Source: Squalus acanthias (Eukaryota). Taken from it: a stretch of DNA of 64,000 nt. Under the pieces are notes generated by a model. The model made no database searches and was not told where the DNA came from. It worked only from the letters and a program-made list of their open reading frames with translations. The stretch lies in NCBI GenBank assembly GCA_030390025.1, contig CM059432.1:115942001-116006000 (forward strand), read 5' to 3'. Numbering within the stretch: position 1 is the stretch's first letter; each line of letters starts with the position of its first letter. Position numbers and translations under genes: made by a program. Shown in pieces: positions 12,225-25,295 of the stretch.

Positions 12225-12442
12225 TTCCCTTTTGTTCTTTCCTCCCTTCCCCCCTTTCCCTGCCTCTGCACTTGCTTAAAACCTGTTACATCTCTGGCAT
12301 TTTCCAGTTCTGATGAAAGTTCATCGACCTGAAACGTTAACTCTGTTTCTCTCTCCACGGATGCTGTCTGACCTGCTGAGTGTTTCCAGCATTCTCTGTT
12401 TTTATTTCAGATTTCCAGTATCTGCAGTATTTTGCCTTTGTT
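12225..12442 (+). mobile_element. Penelope-like element 3'/pLTR fragment with hammerhead core
   Basis: Matches the tail downstream of the GIY-YIG remnant at 44460-44640. Confidence 0.8.
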
Positions 12443-12699
12443 CCTCTTTCAATGCGTTTGTTAACCCATTTAGGGTCATGTTGCTTAGTCTGAGCTTGTT
12501 GGCTTTGGCAATCTTGCATGCTCAGCATTATACCTTTAAAGGTACAGACCATTATACCACTTGCGATCAATAATAAATTAGATAAAAATCCCTTTTTTGT
12601 TTTCTGTATCATTCTTTTATTTAACTCAGGCTTTAAGGTTTAATTCCCAAATAGAGAGTTAAAATTCCTGGACAAACTTTTGTAAAGGGAGTGATCAAA

Positions 12700-13000
12700 C
12701 TGGTACGGTGCTCTGATCCGACCACAGCTTGATTACTGTGTCCAGTCCTGGTCACCAAGGAACAAAGAAAACATTCAAGCACTGGAGAAAGCACAGAGGA
12801 GCCATGAAGCTGATCCTAGTGTCCGGGGTCCGAGTAATGAGGAAAGAGCAGAGAGCCCGGAAATGAGGCAGCTGAAAGGTGATCTTATAGAGGTATATTA
12901 GATGGTAACTGGTTTGGAAAAGGTTAATCTAGAATACTATTTTAAATTAAACAGTGGGAGCAGGACAAGGGGACACAGGTTCAAACCAATAAAGGGTCAC
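12700..13000 (+). mobile_element. Ancient CR1 C-terminal fragment
   Basis: Degenerate RPQLDYCVQ, KGDLIEVY and RTRGHRFK remnants. Confidence 0.65.
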
Positions 13001-13121
13001 TTTAGGACAGTTTTGAGAGTCTTGCCTCTATCCCCATTTCCAAATCATTAATATACAATGTGAATAGTAAGGGGTCCCTCACTGATCCCTTTACTGGTTT
13101 ATAATACTCTGATATGTGGAA

Positions 13122-13233
13122 GGTGGATTTCCATGGGGGTTTCCCGATCATCTGCTGTAATTTTGACTGAAGAACCACGGAAACACTGTTTTTCCAGGAC
13201 AAGCGGGAGAACCTCTGTGGAAATTCACCCCCA
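13122..13233. mobile_element. Small Harbinger-like MITE
   Basis: Imperfect inverted ends GGTGGATTTCCA / TGGAAATTCACCCC. Confidence 0.45.
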
Positions 13234-14285
13234 TATTGTTTTACTAAAATCTTCTTAATCTAACACATCTTTTCTCTGGTCCCATCAGAAGCTCTGCTGT
13301 AATTGGCAAAGGATTGCAGACGTCAGTAAAATGGACCCCTGATAAGAACAATGTAGACTGTGCCCATGAGTTGATTGTATTTATCCTCTGGTTTTTAAAT
13401 GCATGCCACTTAATACCGACTGCTAAATAATAATAATCTGGAAATAGTTAGCATTATTATTTTGATTATAGTTAATTATCACCTCAATTAAGTATGTAAT
13501 TATTAACAATATCCACAATACAATCGACTTAAGATTTTCTCTGGTACTGTGTGTTGATGCTTTAGCACACTGTATGTGATTCAGGCAGTATGCAATTCAC
13601 ACGTGAATCACCATACAGTGAACTCATCATCTTATATGTTCTAGCAGGGGAGACCAAACGTTGGTGGGGTGAGGGGAAGGGAAAGACTAAGTCACCTTGT
13701 TTTGCTTTTGTACAACTCCCTGCAGCTGATTACCGAGAGGAATTCCTAAGGCGTGTGGCTGGAAAGACCTAAAGATGAGGAAAATGTTTTAATAGCTGGC
13801 ATACAGCCTGGATTAGGCCACAACATTCAAAGTGGTGCAAAATTTGAGTGTTCATAGTAAGCTGTATCACTAGCAAGTACCAAAGTAAGGGGGATGTGGT
13901 AATAGTTGGAAATGTAAGTGGGGTTACCTTTCTTATGGGTAGGGTAAACATGAGCAAATTTCCAAAAGGTGGACCATGAGTAAGAGGAATTGAATAGAGG
14001 ATGATGGACAGGGTACTAACAAGACCAGAGGTCCAAAGAGCAGAGTAGCTGAAAGAGCTGGTGTGGATAAAACTTGCTGCAGTCATAATGACCTTCATAT
14101 TCCTTAATACCCTTATTTCTAAAGTAAATTCCCATCTCCCTTTTAAATATCTTGATTGGCTTTACATCTATGTCTTCTGGGGCAGTATGTTCCACAGTCT
14201 CATTATCTTTGTGTGAGGAAGTTTTTCCTGGAATCATTTTAACTGGTTTAACTCAAATTCTAAATTAATTCAAAACTAATTAACA

Positions 14286-14420
14286 AGTTCTGATGAACGG
14301 TCGTTGACCTGAAACGTTAACTCTGTTTCTCTCTCCACAGATGCTGCCTGACTGGCTGAGTGTTTCCAGCATTTTCTGTTTTTATTTCAGATTTCCAGTA
14401 TCTACCATATTTGGCTTTGT
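14286..14420 (+). mobile_element. Penelope-like pLTR fragment inside a minus-strand CR1 remnant
   Basis: Same tail as 12305-12440; TTCTAAATTA repeated on both flanks (~14258 and ~14420). Confidence 0.8.
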
Positions 14421-14609
14421 TCTAAATTATGTCCCCTTGTTCTGGATTCCCCTATAAAAGGAAAGAGTCATTTCTTACCTATCCTGTTAATTCATTATAT
14501 TATTTTAAACTTTGTAACTTCAGGAAATATACCTCAAGTTTGCCCAGTCTCTCATCGTAACTCAGCCCCTTCATCCCAGGTATCATCCAGAGGAATCATC
14601 ATTAGACTT

Positions 14610-17222
14610 CATCCTCGGTAATCTATTACCGGGATATCTTCACTGTTCTCCTCCCTCAGCCTCTGCACTGAATGACTTTGCATCCTCGGTGATTTGAACT
14701 TCCATCTCAATTCATCATACTCTCTCTCCTCTGAGTTCACTAGCCTCCTATCTCTCCCTCCATGTAAACTCCCAAACCCATATTCACGGCCACCCCTCGA
14801 CCTTGCCATCTCTCGTGGCCTCGCTACTCCCATCGTCTCAACCGCAGATAAGGCCATCTCTGACCACTTCCTCGTATCGCTCTCCACCCACATCCCCATT
14901 CCACCCCTCCCCCCCACCCCCCCAACCCTACTTCCTTCTGTGTCCACCCATCGAAAAAACTCTCTCCCAACTCTCTTACAACTGCACTTATGAAATCTCA
15001 ATTGTCCAGCCTTAGGCCGTCCATTCACCACGACATTTCTGCAGCTACCGATCTGCTCAACCACACCCTCACCACCACCTTTGATGCATTAGTCCCTATT
15101 AAAACAATTACTCTCTCACCCTGGCCGTTCCCCCTGGTATGGCCCTCATCTTCGCTCCCTTAAGTCCAAGGGACGCAGACTCGAACGGATATGGCGGACA
15201 ACTGGTTTAGCCATTCACCGCCAGATATGGCTGGATCACATAAAGCATTATCGGGTCCTGCTCTCGTCTGCCAAAATTGCTCACTATTCCAGAATCATTC
15301 TGGAATGCAAAGATAAACCCTGGCTTCTATTCTCCACTGCTAACTGTCTTCTTAAACCCCTCTGCCCTGTCTCCTCCACCCTCACCTCCAACAACAAGTG
15401 TGAGGAGCTCGTGGACTTCTTTGTCTTTAAGATTGAGACCATCAGTTCAGCTGCCTCTGCCACTTCCCTTCCTTCCCCTAGCCCACCGGGCCAAACTTCC
15501 TCTAAGGTTCGCCCCTGCCCTAGCCCTGAACTCACATTTTTCTCCAGTTTCTCTCCGACCTCCCCTCATGACCTCTCAAAGCTCATCTTGTCCATCAGAC
15601 CCACTTCCTGCTCCATTGACCCTATTCCCACCAAACTGCTGACCACCCAACTTCCTTTTCTGGCTTCCATGTTAGCCGACATTGTTAACAGTTATCTCTC
15701 CTCAGGTACTGTCCCCCTCTCCCTCAAATCTGCCATCATCACCCCTCTCCTCAAAAAAACAACCCTTGACTCCTCCGTCCTTGCAAACTACCGCCCCATC
15801 TCCAACCTCCCTTTTCTCTCCAAAGTCCTTGAACGTGTTGTCACCTCCCAAATCTGTACCCATCTTTCCCACAACTCCATGTTTGAATCTCTCCAATCAG
15901 GTTTCCACCCCGCCACAGTACCGAAATGGCTCTCATCAAAGTCACAAATGACATCCTTTGTGACTGTGACAAAGGTAAACTATCCCTCCTCGTCCTTCTT
16001 GATTTGTCTGCAGACTTTGACACGATTGACAACTCCATCCTCCTCCAGCGCCTCTCCACCGTCGTCCAGCTGTGTAGGACTGCACTCGCCTGGTTCCATT
16101 CTTATCTATCTAATCGTAACCAGAGAATCACCTGCAATGGATTCTCTTCCCGCTCCCGCATCATTACCTCTGGTGTCCCCCAAGGATCTAACCTTGGCCC
16201 CTTCCTATTTCTCATCTACATGCTGCCCCTTGGTGACATCATCTGAAAAACAGCGTCAGTTTCCACATGTATGCTGATGACACCCAGCTCTACCTCACCA
16301 CCACTTCTCTCGACCCCTCCACGGTCTCTAAATTGTCATCCACCAGCAGTGGATGAGCAGAAATGTTCTCCAATTAAATATTGGGAAGACCAAAGCCATT
16401 GTCTTCGGTCCCCGCCACAAACTCCGTTCCCTAGCCACTGACTCCATCCCTCTCCATCCTGTCTGAGGCTGAACCACACTGTTTGAAACCTTGGTGATAT
16501 ATTTGACCCTGAAATGAGCTTCTGACCACATATCCGCAGCATAACTAAGACCGCCTATTTCCACCTCCGTAACATCGGCCGTCTCCGCCCTTGCCTCAGC
16601 TCATCCGCTGCTGAAACCCTCATCCATGCCTTTGTTACCTCTAGACTTGACTATTCCAATGCACACCTGGCTGGCCTCCCACATTCTACCCTACGTAAAC
16701 TTGAAGTTTTCCAAAACTCGGCTGTCCGTGTCCTAACACGCACCAAGTCCAGTTCACCCATCACCCCTGTGCTCACTGACCTACATTGGCTCCCGGTTAA
16801 GCACTGCCTTGATTTCAAAATTCTCATCCTTGTTTTCAAATCCCTCCAGGGCCTCGCCCCTCCCTATCTCTGTAATCTCCTCCAGCCCCACAACTCCCCG
16901 AGATATCTGCACTCCTCAAATTCTGCCCTCTTGAGCATCCCTGATTATAATCGCTCAACCATTGGTGGCCGTGCCTTCAGCTGCCTAGGCCCTAAGCTCT
17001 GGAAGTCCCTGCCTAAACCTCTCCACCTCTCTACCTCTCTTTCCTCTTTGAAGACGCTCCTTAAAACCTACCTCTTTGACCAAGCTTCTGGTTACCTGCC
17101 TTAATTTCTCCTTATGTGCCTCGGTATCAAATTTTTTGTCTTATAATACTCCTGTGAAGCGAGTTGGGATGTTTTACTAAGTTAAAGGTGCTATATAAAT
17201 ACAAGTTGTTGTTGTTGTTGTT
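14610..17222 (+). mobile_element. L2 LINE, 5'-truncated, disrupted ORF2
   Basis: LGDLNFH and SDHF endonuclease remnants; RT NYRPISNLPFLSKVLE, LLDLSADFDTID, GVPQGSNLGP, YADD; (TTG)n tail. Confidence 0.95.
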
Positions 17223-17224
17223 GG

Positions 17225-17640
17225 ACAGTGTAGCCTTCCGAAGATGCAGCATCCAAAATGAAACACAATATTCCAAATAATGTTGGACCAATGTTTTGTA
17301 TAATTTTGGTAGTATTTCCTTTCCTTTATATTTTAAATTTCTTGTGATGAAGCCCAATTTCTCATTAGCTTTCTCGATTGCTTTTTGCATCTCGGAGCCG
17401 TCTTTTAATGACTTCTACACCCAGGTCCCTAAATCTCTCTGTTCATCTTACCCCCTTAGCACTCCATTGTTTAGATTATACTCCCTTCTGACATTCTTAA
17501 TTCTACACGTTGTTATAGCAATTTGTATCCTGCATCATTCCACCCACTAAGTTAATCTTTCTAAATCCATTTGCATTCTTCCTCCTAGTTTAGTATAATC
17601 TGCAAACCTGGGTATATACCCCTCTATTCCCAAATCCAGA
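17225..17640 (-). mobile_element. Ancient CR1 fragment
   Basis: KANEKLGFITR...LYKTLVQHYLEYCV. Confidence 0.7.
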
Positions 17641-18542
17641 TGTTTAAAACCTTGCTTAAAAAGAACGATTCATTATTTTGCTACACCTAGTGCAGAGAGG
17701 AAATCTTCACCCCATGGCCTAGAAATTCAGCTGCGAAGAGCCCATTTTTCAGTTGCCTGTTAGTGTCCGGAGCTCGCCGGCTTGAAGATAATGAGGCCCA
17801 TTTGTTTAAATGGGTTTGTAATCAGCCTCCCTCTTTTTGATCCCAAGTCTCACTCATCATATTTCCCACTATTGACAGTTCTGAATATATGTTCATGAAC
17901 GGCACCACAAGAGGCAGTTAGTGCTATGGGTAATTATCATTCCTGATGGATCAGTCTGACCTCAGATAGACTCTGTTCTGTCATTTCTAATTCAGTCAAA
18001 TCAAAGTGAATTTGCTGAAAGTTAACTGATTAAAGACTGCGCTTCATTTTTTTATGGGCTACAAGATGAGGCAGCATACTGACATTCTGACAAGCTGCAC
18101 CATGGATGTGGATTCGCAAACACAATTCCCTACAATGGGGTTAGGTTTACTCTCGTAGCAAGATACCCAATCCATTTGTGTAAAGCTCCTTCGTGCACAT
18201 TTTAACACAGTCATTAATCAATTTATTTTAGAATAAAGCACAAAGAAATTTTACTCAAATCAATTAAGCCGTGCACCTACCAGAGGAAATTAAACCCCAT
18301 TTTAATTTGCTATGCCAGTACCGAGAGGCGCCACAGAGAAGGAAGGAATATAGAATCTTTGCATTTAGTTGGGGCTCTGGGATTTGAGAATGGAAGGAGA
18401 AAGCAGAGCTCGTAAACTATTTTCTGTACGTAGTGAGCAACCCTTCTATGGGAAAGTAAATAATCACGATAAGCTGTATGCTTCAAAAATATCAGAAGAC
18501 TGAATTCTGTTACATTGACAAGGTGCAAAATGGCTTTGTCTC

Positions 18543-18690
18543 CCCAGAGTAAAATCCAGAGTCTCTCCAGAGCAAAATCCAGAGTCTCCCCAGAGCAAAA
18601 TCCAGACCCTCCCCAGCGTAGAATCTAGAGCCTTTCCAAAGGCAAATCCAGAGTCGATCCAGAGGAAAATCCAGAGGAAATTCCAGGACT
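18543..18690. repeat. Minisatellite with ~23-bp unit (CAGAGCAAAATCCAGAGTCTCCC), decaying
   Basis: Repeated AAATCCAGAG cores seen directly. Confidence 0.8.
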
Positions 18691-18958
18691 TAAGGACACA
18701 TACCATAAACATCTAAATAGGACATTGCCTGAATATAATGGGAGAATGGAAAGAAACATATTAGGTCCAGTTCTCCTGTGAATCTCTGTGACCTATTGCA
18801 CTGAAATTGTCAATCAATTGGTCAAAACAAACAAAAATATATTTACAGATGGAACTAACTTAAAAAAATTATGTTGTAAATGTGCTTGGTCGCAATTTAG
18901 TTAAAAAAAAGATTTTTTTGTCAGAATTTGTAACTTTGTTCAGACACTGTAAACATAC

Positions 18959-19140
18959 CTCATCTGTTCTAAACATGCGTCTTTTCTGTAGTGTAGTTCC
19001 TGGGACATGTGTTAGCTGATGTTTTCCACTGTGTGTGTTTGTTCCAATAGTAGATGTCATTTTATCGGTGCTCACTTTTTCATGCACATTAGAAGACACG
19101 GTTACGTGGGTATGAGTTTGAGTTCCTCCTTCCGAAGTAT
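18959..19140 (-). CDS. Candidate exon of an unidentified host transcript
   Basis: Acceptor CCTCTTTTTAACAG and donor GAG|GTATGT; 182 nt, open frame (D)TSEGGTQTHTHVTVSSN...RRMFRTDE; non-repetitive sequence. Confidence 0.4.
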
Positions 19141-19875
19141 CTGTTAAAAAGAGGATTTTATTTTGAGACTGTTGCATTCACATACAGTAAATAAAAATTA
19201 GAGCAATGCAGACAATCCACTAGTATCACATAAAGAGAACCTTCAGTGGGGTATCTGCAACATAAAGTTACCCCAGGAGTTTAATGCATTAGGTATTTCA
19301 CACGTATGCACACTAGGTTTATCTGTAATGAGTTTAGTGTGGTTATTAATTATTCAGAGATAGAGTCCAACGGCCACAGTGATGTGATTTATCAACAGCA
19401 AGCATCTTCTGAGAGACTTGGGTGAATTTTAACTTGCAGGAGCACGTGGGTTTGGGCGTGGAAATTAACAGCGCGTCGAGAAGCCGGCTCCAATCCGCCG
19501 ACTTCTGCATTTGACTCCAGCGCGTTAGGCTGCGTGTGAGCAACCCCCTCGGGAGAGGCGGGTTGTCAATTTCAATATGTTAATCGGTCATTAACAGCGA
19601 CATTAACGTGGGTTTTGGGATTTATCTGTGGGTGCACGGATTTCCCGGGCTTCCTGTAACTCGCCAGTGAAAGCAAGGCGAGAATACAGCGGCAATTGAG
19701 AGGGCTGAAGACATGACAGGGAAATATGCCAATAAGTACTGAAATCTCCCAGCTGCTTTCTTGCCTGATTGTGTGAAAGGCTTTGTTCACAGTACTTGTG
19801 CTGAGAGTTTCTCTCACAACTTTAGAGGTTTGTACGTCTGATCTCCACTTTGGAGCTGTGATCTATCAGATCAGC

Positions 19876-21061
19876 ATGGGTGCCACTTATGTTTTACTTT
19901 GGACCTCAGATGAGGACCAAGATGACCAGCAGCATCAACAGCACCACCAGCAGCAGGAAGATCACCAGCAGGAGCACCAGGCACAGGAGCAGCACCAACC
20001 TGCTCCTCACAGACCTGCCGCTCCACAGGAGAGAGGTGATGAGCAGAGGGGTGCAGCTTGCAGGCAGACAAACCCCCAACACAGGGTGTACAGGCAGAGG
20101 ATGTGCTTCCTCGACATGTCGGAACGCCAGTGTCTCAGGAGGCTCAGGGTCTCGCGCCAGGTGGTGGCAGACATTTGCAGCCAGCTGGAAGAAGACCTGC
20201 TGCCAAGTGGACCTGGTGGTCCCGCTTTGCCAGTGGTTGTCAAAGTCACCAACCCCCTCAACTTCTTTGCTTCTGGCTCCTTCCAGGGCTCGGCCAGAGA
20301 CATTTGCAGGATCTATCAGTTGGCGGCCCACAAATTGTTTGCCAGGGCAGGCAATTATATACACTTTGCCACCGATGATGCCAGTCAGAATGAGCGGGTG
20401 CTCGGGTTTGCGGCTCTGGCTGGCTACCCACAGGTGCAGGGTGCCATCGACCGCATGCACGTGGCAATGAAGGCACCCCCAGATCACCCAGGAGTATTCA
20501 TCAACTGCAAGGGCTTCCACTCCATCAACGGCCAGCTGGTGTGCAACCACAAAAAGATATTTCTGCAGGTGTGCGCAAGATTCCAGTGCAGCTGCCATGA
20601 TGCTTTTGTCCTGCGCCAGTCCACCCTCCCTAATCTATTCGCACCTCGAAGCAGAGTTACCGGCTGGCTGCTTGGAGAAAAGCGATACCCACTTAAAACG
20701 TGGCTGATGACACCCATGAGGAACCCGACCAATGAGGCCCAGGAGCGATACAATGAAAGCCATATGGCAACCAGATGTGTCATTGAGCAAGCAATCGGCA
20801 TGCTGATGATGTGCTCCAGGTGCCTCAACAGATCTGGAGGCGCCCTTGAATACACACCAGCCAGGGTTCCAGAATGGTTGTGGTGTGCTGCACTCTGCAC
20901 AATATTGCACAGCAGCGCGGTTTGGACCTTCAGGAGGAACAAGGCGCAGAGTCTCTTCAGACGATTCCGAGGAGGAGGAGGAGGAATGGGATGCGGCCAA
21001 TGCACCACCAGTGGCGCACATTGCTGCCCGGGATACCCTCATTATTGTGAGGTTCAATTAG
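19876..21061 (+). pseudogene. Harbinger DDE transposase of H1
   Basis: [34 protein letters not shown] (D replaced by E), IEQAIG; frameshift near 20870. Confidence 0.9.
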
Positions 21062-21359
21062 TATCCACCAATCCCCCCATCTGGCAGCCACATGCAACAG
21101 GCACTGCCCACCCTCGCCCACCTCCCAACATAAAGCAGTCCTGCAAACAACCAAGCATCCCTTTCACAGCGCCCCATTGCTCGACATCAATTCATGTCTT
21201 ACCATTCATCACAAGTGAAAAGGCCACTTGCCCGGCAGCAACCAAAAGTGGGCAAGACAGGAAAGTGGTGGAAGCAAATAATATTGATGTGGCTTAAAAA
21301 TGAAACAGAAACTTAGCAATTTAACAATGTGTCACACACCAATGTGCGTACCCTTGTGC

Positions 21360-22810
21360 AACTACAAATCTTTACTCTTCCTTTTCCTAGCACTTCTACA
21401 TGGTGCAACACTTGCGGCTTCAGCAGAGGTAGAGGCAGGCTGCTCAGATCCCTGCTTCGACTGCTGAGATGCTCCTGGTCGATGTCCTCTGGGTTTTGGA
21501 GCCTGTGAGGGCCCCGCCAAAGGCTGCTCCACCTGCACCTGTGCAGGGGCAGACTCGACCATCGGGACACGAGGCTGTATGCCGGGTACTGACTGAGAGG
21601 GGGCAACGGGTGAGAAGTGGAAGCACATTGAACCGAGCCCCTACTTCCATGTCCCCTTTCACCATCATCCCTCTCATGGGCCACCCGCACTTCCCTGTTA
21701 GCAATGTTCTGGAAGGAACCTTGCTGCAGATCAGTGGGGTGATGAACAGCCAAAGCGAGGGTTTCATCAATCCTACTTGCATTCATAGTGTGCAAGCCAT
21801 TGTTGAAGGCCTGCATGCACTCGTGTGATGCACCATGCAGGTGGCCACTCTTTCCATGGAAGAAGACATCATCGGAAAGGCCTGCGACATCATGTGACTC
21901 ATGCTTGAGGTGGACTCCTCCAATCTCTGCATTGGTGCACAGTGGAACGCCTGCCAGTACATCGCACATTCTCTGCTGCTGCTCCAGAAGTATCCTGTTC
22001 GTCGATGGCCACCGGGGTTCAGCATCAGCGTCCAGCTGAGCAGAGCTTGGAGCATCCTGCAGCCTCCGACACGGACTCTCCACTGCTGTCCCTGACTCCA
22101 CCATCTGCTCTTGCTCAATTGTGATGTGTGAATCAACAGGTGAAAACCCAACTATCTGTCTACGAGGCCCCAACGAAGTGCGAGTATCTGAGTCCCAATC
22201 TCCCCATCTCCGACGGCCAAGCACGCCGAGACTCCACTGCTGTCCAGCACCTCCTCCTTTACAGCTGTCAGTTGCGAGATGGCTGGAGGGCCATCTCCGG
22301 TTCTCTGCCTCTCCCTCATGTGCTGTGCTCTCCTCTCCTTCAAGGAGGGAAAGAAGAGACCTATGAGTGAGAGTAATGGCATGTGTTGAATGGATGGATG
22401 GAGAGCATTTATTGAGGGTGACTATGAGGGAGAGGCATGACATTGCATAATGATGAGGGTGAGTGAGAGTGGTGGATGGATAGATGGGGATGTGAGGAAG
22501 TGCATAGACAGAGAAGGATGGGTGCACCTGCAAGGTAAGTGGGTGTGAGGAGTGATGTGATGGCGTAGGCTTGAGAAGGCATGGTGAGGAGGTGGGGTGA
22601 TAAGCACAGCATGATGTAGGTGAATGTGCCACTGTACTCATCTTTCCTGACCTGCTTAGGTCATTAAACCACTTTAGGCATTGAATCCACGAGCGTGGCA
22701 CCTGCAGGCTTCTTCCACTCGTCAGTAGGGAACAGTATCTCCCTGCGGGCCCTTACACAGCATCACATTCAGGGAGGCGTCACTAAAACGAGGTGCAAAC
22801 TTGGAACATT
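21360..22810 (-). pseudogene. Myb/SANT-like second gene of H1, disrupted; its ATG is displaced to 25385
   Basis: APRFSD...WIQCLKWFNDLSRS exon; C-terminus AGPS...QPASTSA...RKRK. Confidence 0.8.
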
Positions 22811-23555
22811 TAGGCTGCGATTTTACTAATGGAGGCAGGTTGAGTGTGGGTCCGCTGCGCGGAGGCTTTCCGACTTGCTCCTGGCTGCCGCCTCCCAGAA
22901 CTTACTATTTTCACTTGATTGGCCTCGTTACGGCCGATGTGCGGGTCCCTCCAGGCAATTGCTTGCAGGCTGTCAGTTTTTTGCGTCTGATGACGCATTG
23001 TTTGGATGAAAATTTAAAGGGGTCAAGTCCCCTTTGGGGGAAATGTCAATGGGATGGATTGGTGCTGTATTATATAGAAAGGGGAGTTGACAGCGTCTGT
23101 TCTGAACAAAATTTAATGAATTAAATTGCTGGTCATATTATTCCAGAAAGATATTTATGATTTTTTTATATATCAATTTATTTACCTGACTATGAAATGA
23201 AAAAGATGCCAGATTTGTTCCAATCATTGGCTTAGTAATATTAATGCTTTTTTCTCTTAAAGGTACTGGCTGCTGCGGGAATGGCAGCCCCAATAACTAA
23301 GGCTGCAGCCAAGTTCAATGAAGGCTCTCTCCATGCTCTTGTTGAGGGAGTTAGAGGACGTCAGGAGCTCCTGTTCCCTGGAAACAGAAGGAGGAGGCCT
23401 CCTCAGCAAACCAAGGCAGCTTGGCTGCAAATTGCTGAGGAGGTGAGCTCGAGGTCTGTATGCAGACGCACATGGGTTTAGTGTGGAAAAAAGTTTAATG
23501 ATCTGCTGAGATCACCTAAAGTGTGGCCTCTGTGTTCTGGAAAATGGAAGTTCAA

Positions 23556-24314
23556 GGGGGAAAAATTGAGTCGCGCCCCCTTTGGGGCGCTAACTTTTAG
23601 CACCCCGGAAAAATTAGCACCCCTGCGGCCGAAACTGAGTGGTAGCGCCCCAAGAAGGAAGCGGGGCACTACTGGAAGTGCCCCGTCTCCCTCTTGGGGC
23701 GCTGCGAGGGAATCTGTAACAACGGGATTGAGACCATTTACATCCTCTCATCCTGGTCGTCAGTACGTCGCACCGCGGTATTGCAAGCCTTCTTAAAGGG
23801 GAGGGGCCTTGCGCAGTGCGACCCGGGGCCCAGCTGGGCCACCGGGGATCAGAGTGCCAGCAAAAGAGCCCGGCACTCAAGAGAAGTACTGGGCTCATGG
23901 AGCACAGCCAGCACTCCACGGGGGGGCGGGTCAGGAGGCCGGGGACGGAAGCGGAGGCAGGTGCTGGCAGGCGGCCAGCAACAAAAATGGCCGCCCGGCA
24001 CCTCGCCTTTAAATAGGGCTGCCCCGGCCGCAGGTAGGCCCCTCTGACCCCGTCAGACATAGCGTCCGGTGGTAAGTCAGGGGGCGCTACCGAAGATCGT
24101 GGCCGGGGTGCGAGTGGGGCGCTGCGCATGGCGACTATGTCATCGCTGGCGGCGCAGTGCCACAGGGCGCTAACGGTTATCACCTCTGCTAACCTCCCGC
24201 TGAATTTTGCGGGAGGCGTTGGTGGCGCCGCGCCCGGGCGCTAGTTGCTTTGCACCCCGTTAGCGCCCTCTTAAGGTGCTAACGGGAGGCGCAAAGCAAC
24301 CGAATTTTTCCCCC
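23556..24314. mobile_element. Harbinger MITE H3, inserted in H2
   Basis: TIR GGGGGAAAAATT / AATTTTTCCCCC; TSD CAA; subterminal sequence resembles that of 56346-60548. Confidence 0.88.
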
Positions 24315-25167
24315 CAAGAGTGAGGGCTCAGGGTGATTCCCATGTAGAATGTTGGTGGTGACACTGAGTGCAAACCACAGTTTATTAGACAGATGATGCC
24401 CGGGGTTTTGAGAATGTCGGACTTGTGTTCATCACCATGTACCAGCCACCTGTGGTTGAAGCGTAAGCTTACGCGAATCTGGCATGGATGAGTGCATCCC
24501 TTGCCTAACGGCCAGCAATGTGGTCGCCTGCTGCTGGTTTGGCCACATCCGGACCCGTAAGGTGTCACTCCCCATCCTCCGCCTCGTCCTCTTCCTCGTC
24601 CTCTTCATCATCCTCTTCATCTTCCTCCAAGGAGGCTTTGTGCTGAGCCACTTGTTCATCCGGCAGCACTAAGCCGCGCTGCTCTTCCTCCAAATCTGAC
24701 GACCAGGATGAGAGGATGTAAATGGTTTCAATCCCGTTGTTATAGATTTCAGTTGAGGCAAGAAGCTTGCAAGCGCACACTGAAAGTGGCCTGAAATTAT
24801 TCCAATCATTTCACACAGCAGATGGCTGTCAGCTTGACCAGTCACAAGGTCAGTAGATTTGCAAAATCTTATCCCAAACCTCCAACAACAAAGTTGTTGC
24901 ATTTGAATGCCAGCCATGTTACAGGAGCGTTTTTAAAGTTCTGCACCAATAATGACTACAGATCATGTCCTCCACCAACTCGTCTACTTGCAGCTGGACT
25001 GTTTCTGACACGATGGGAAACAGGAGCCAGAGGCACAAAAATGGGAAACCTCTGTCAAAATAGGATTATCAAGGCAGTTAACAGGCTCTTAACTGCCTTA
25101 ACTACCTGTCCCACCGGTTGGAGTCGGGTCAGTTTGGGATCAGCTGAACAGACACTCACGAGAATCG

Positions 25168-25295
25168 CGTGGGGGGGGGGATGGAGGCGGGTTGGGGGCG
25201 GGATGGGGGCGGGATGGAGGCGGGTTGGGGGCGGGATGGGGGCGGGATGGAGGCGGGTTGGGGGCGGGTTGGGGGCGGGATGGAGGCGGGTTGGG
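25168..25295. repeat. G-rich tandem repeat, ~33-bp unit
   Basis: GGGGGCGGGATGGAGGCGGGTTGGGGGCGGGAT repeated about 4 times. Confidence 0.9.

Noticed and set aside
19783..21297. 504-aa ORF as an intact or domesticated HARBI1 gene
   Set aside because: It lies within TIRs and a TSD, has a substituted catalytic Asp, and its C-terminus is frameshifted.
21313..22701. 462-aa ORF as a novel protein
   Set aside because: It reads through an intron and out-of-frame parts of the degraded Myb-like gene.
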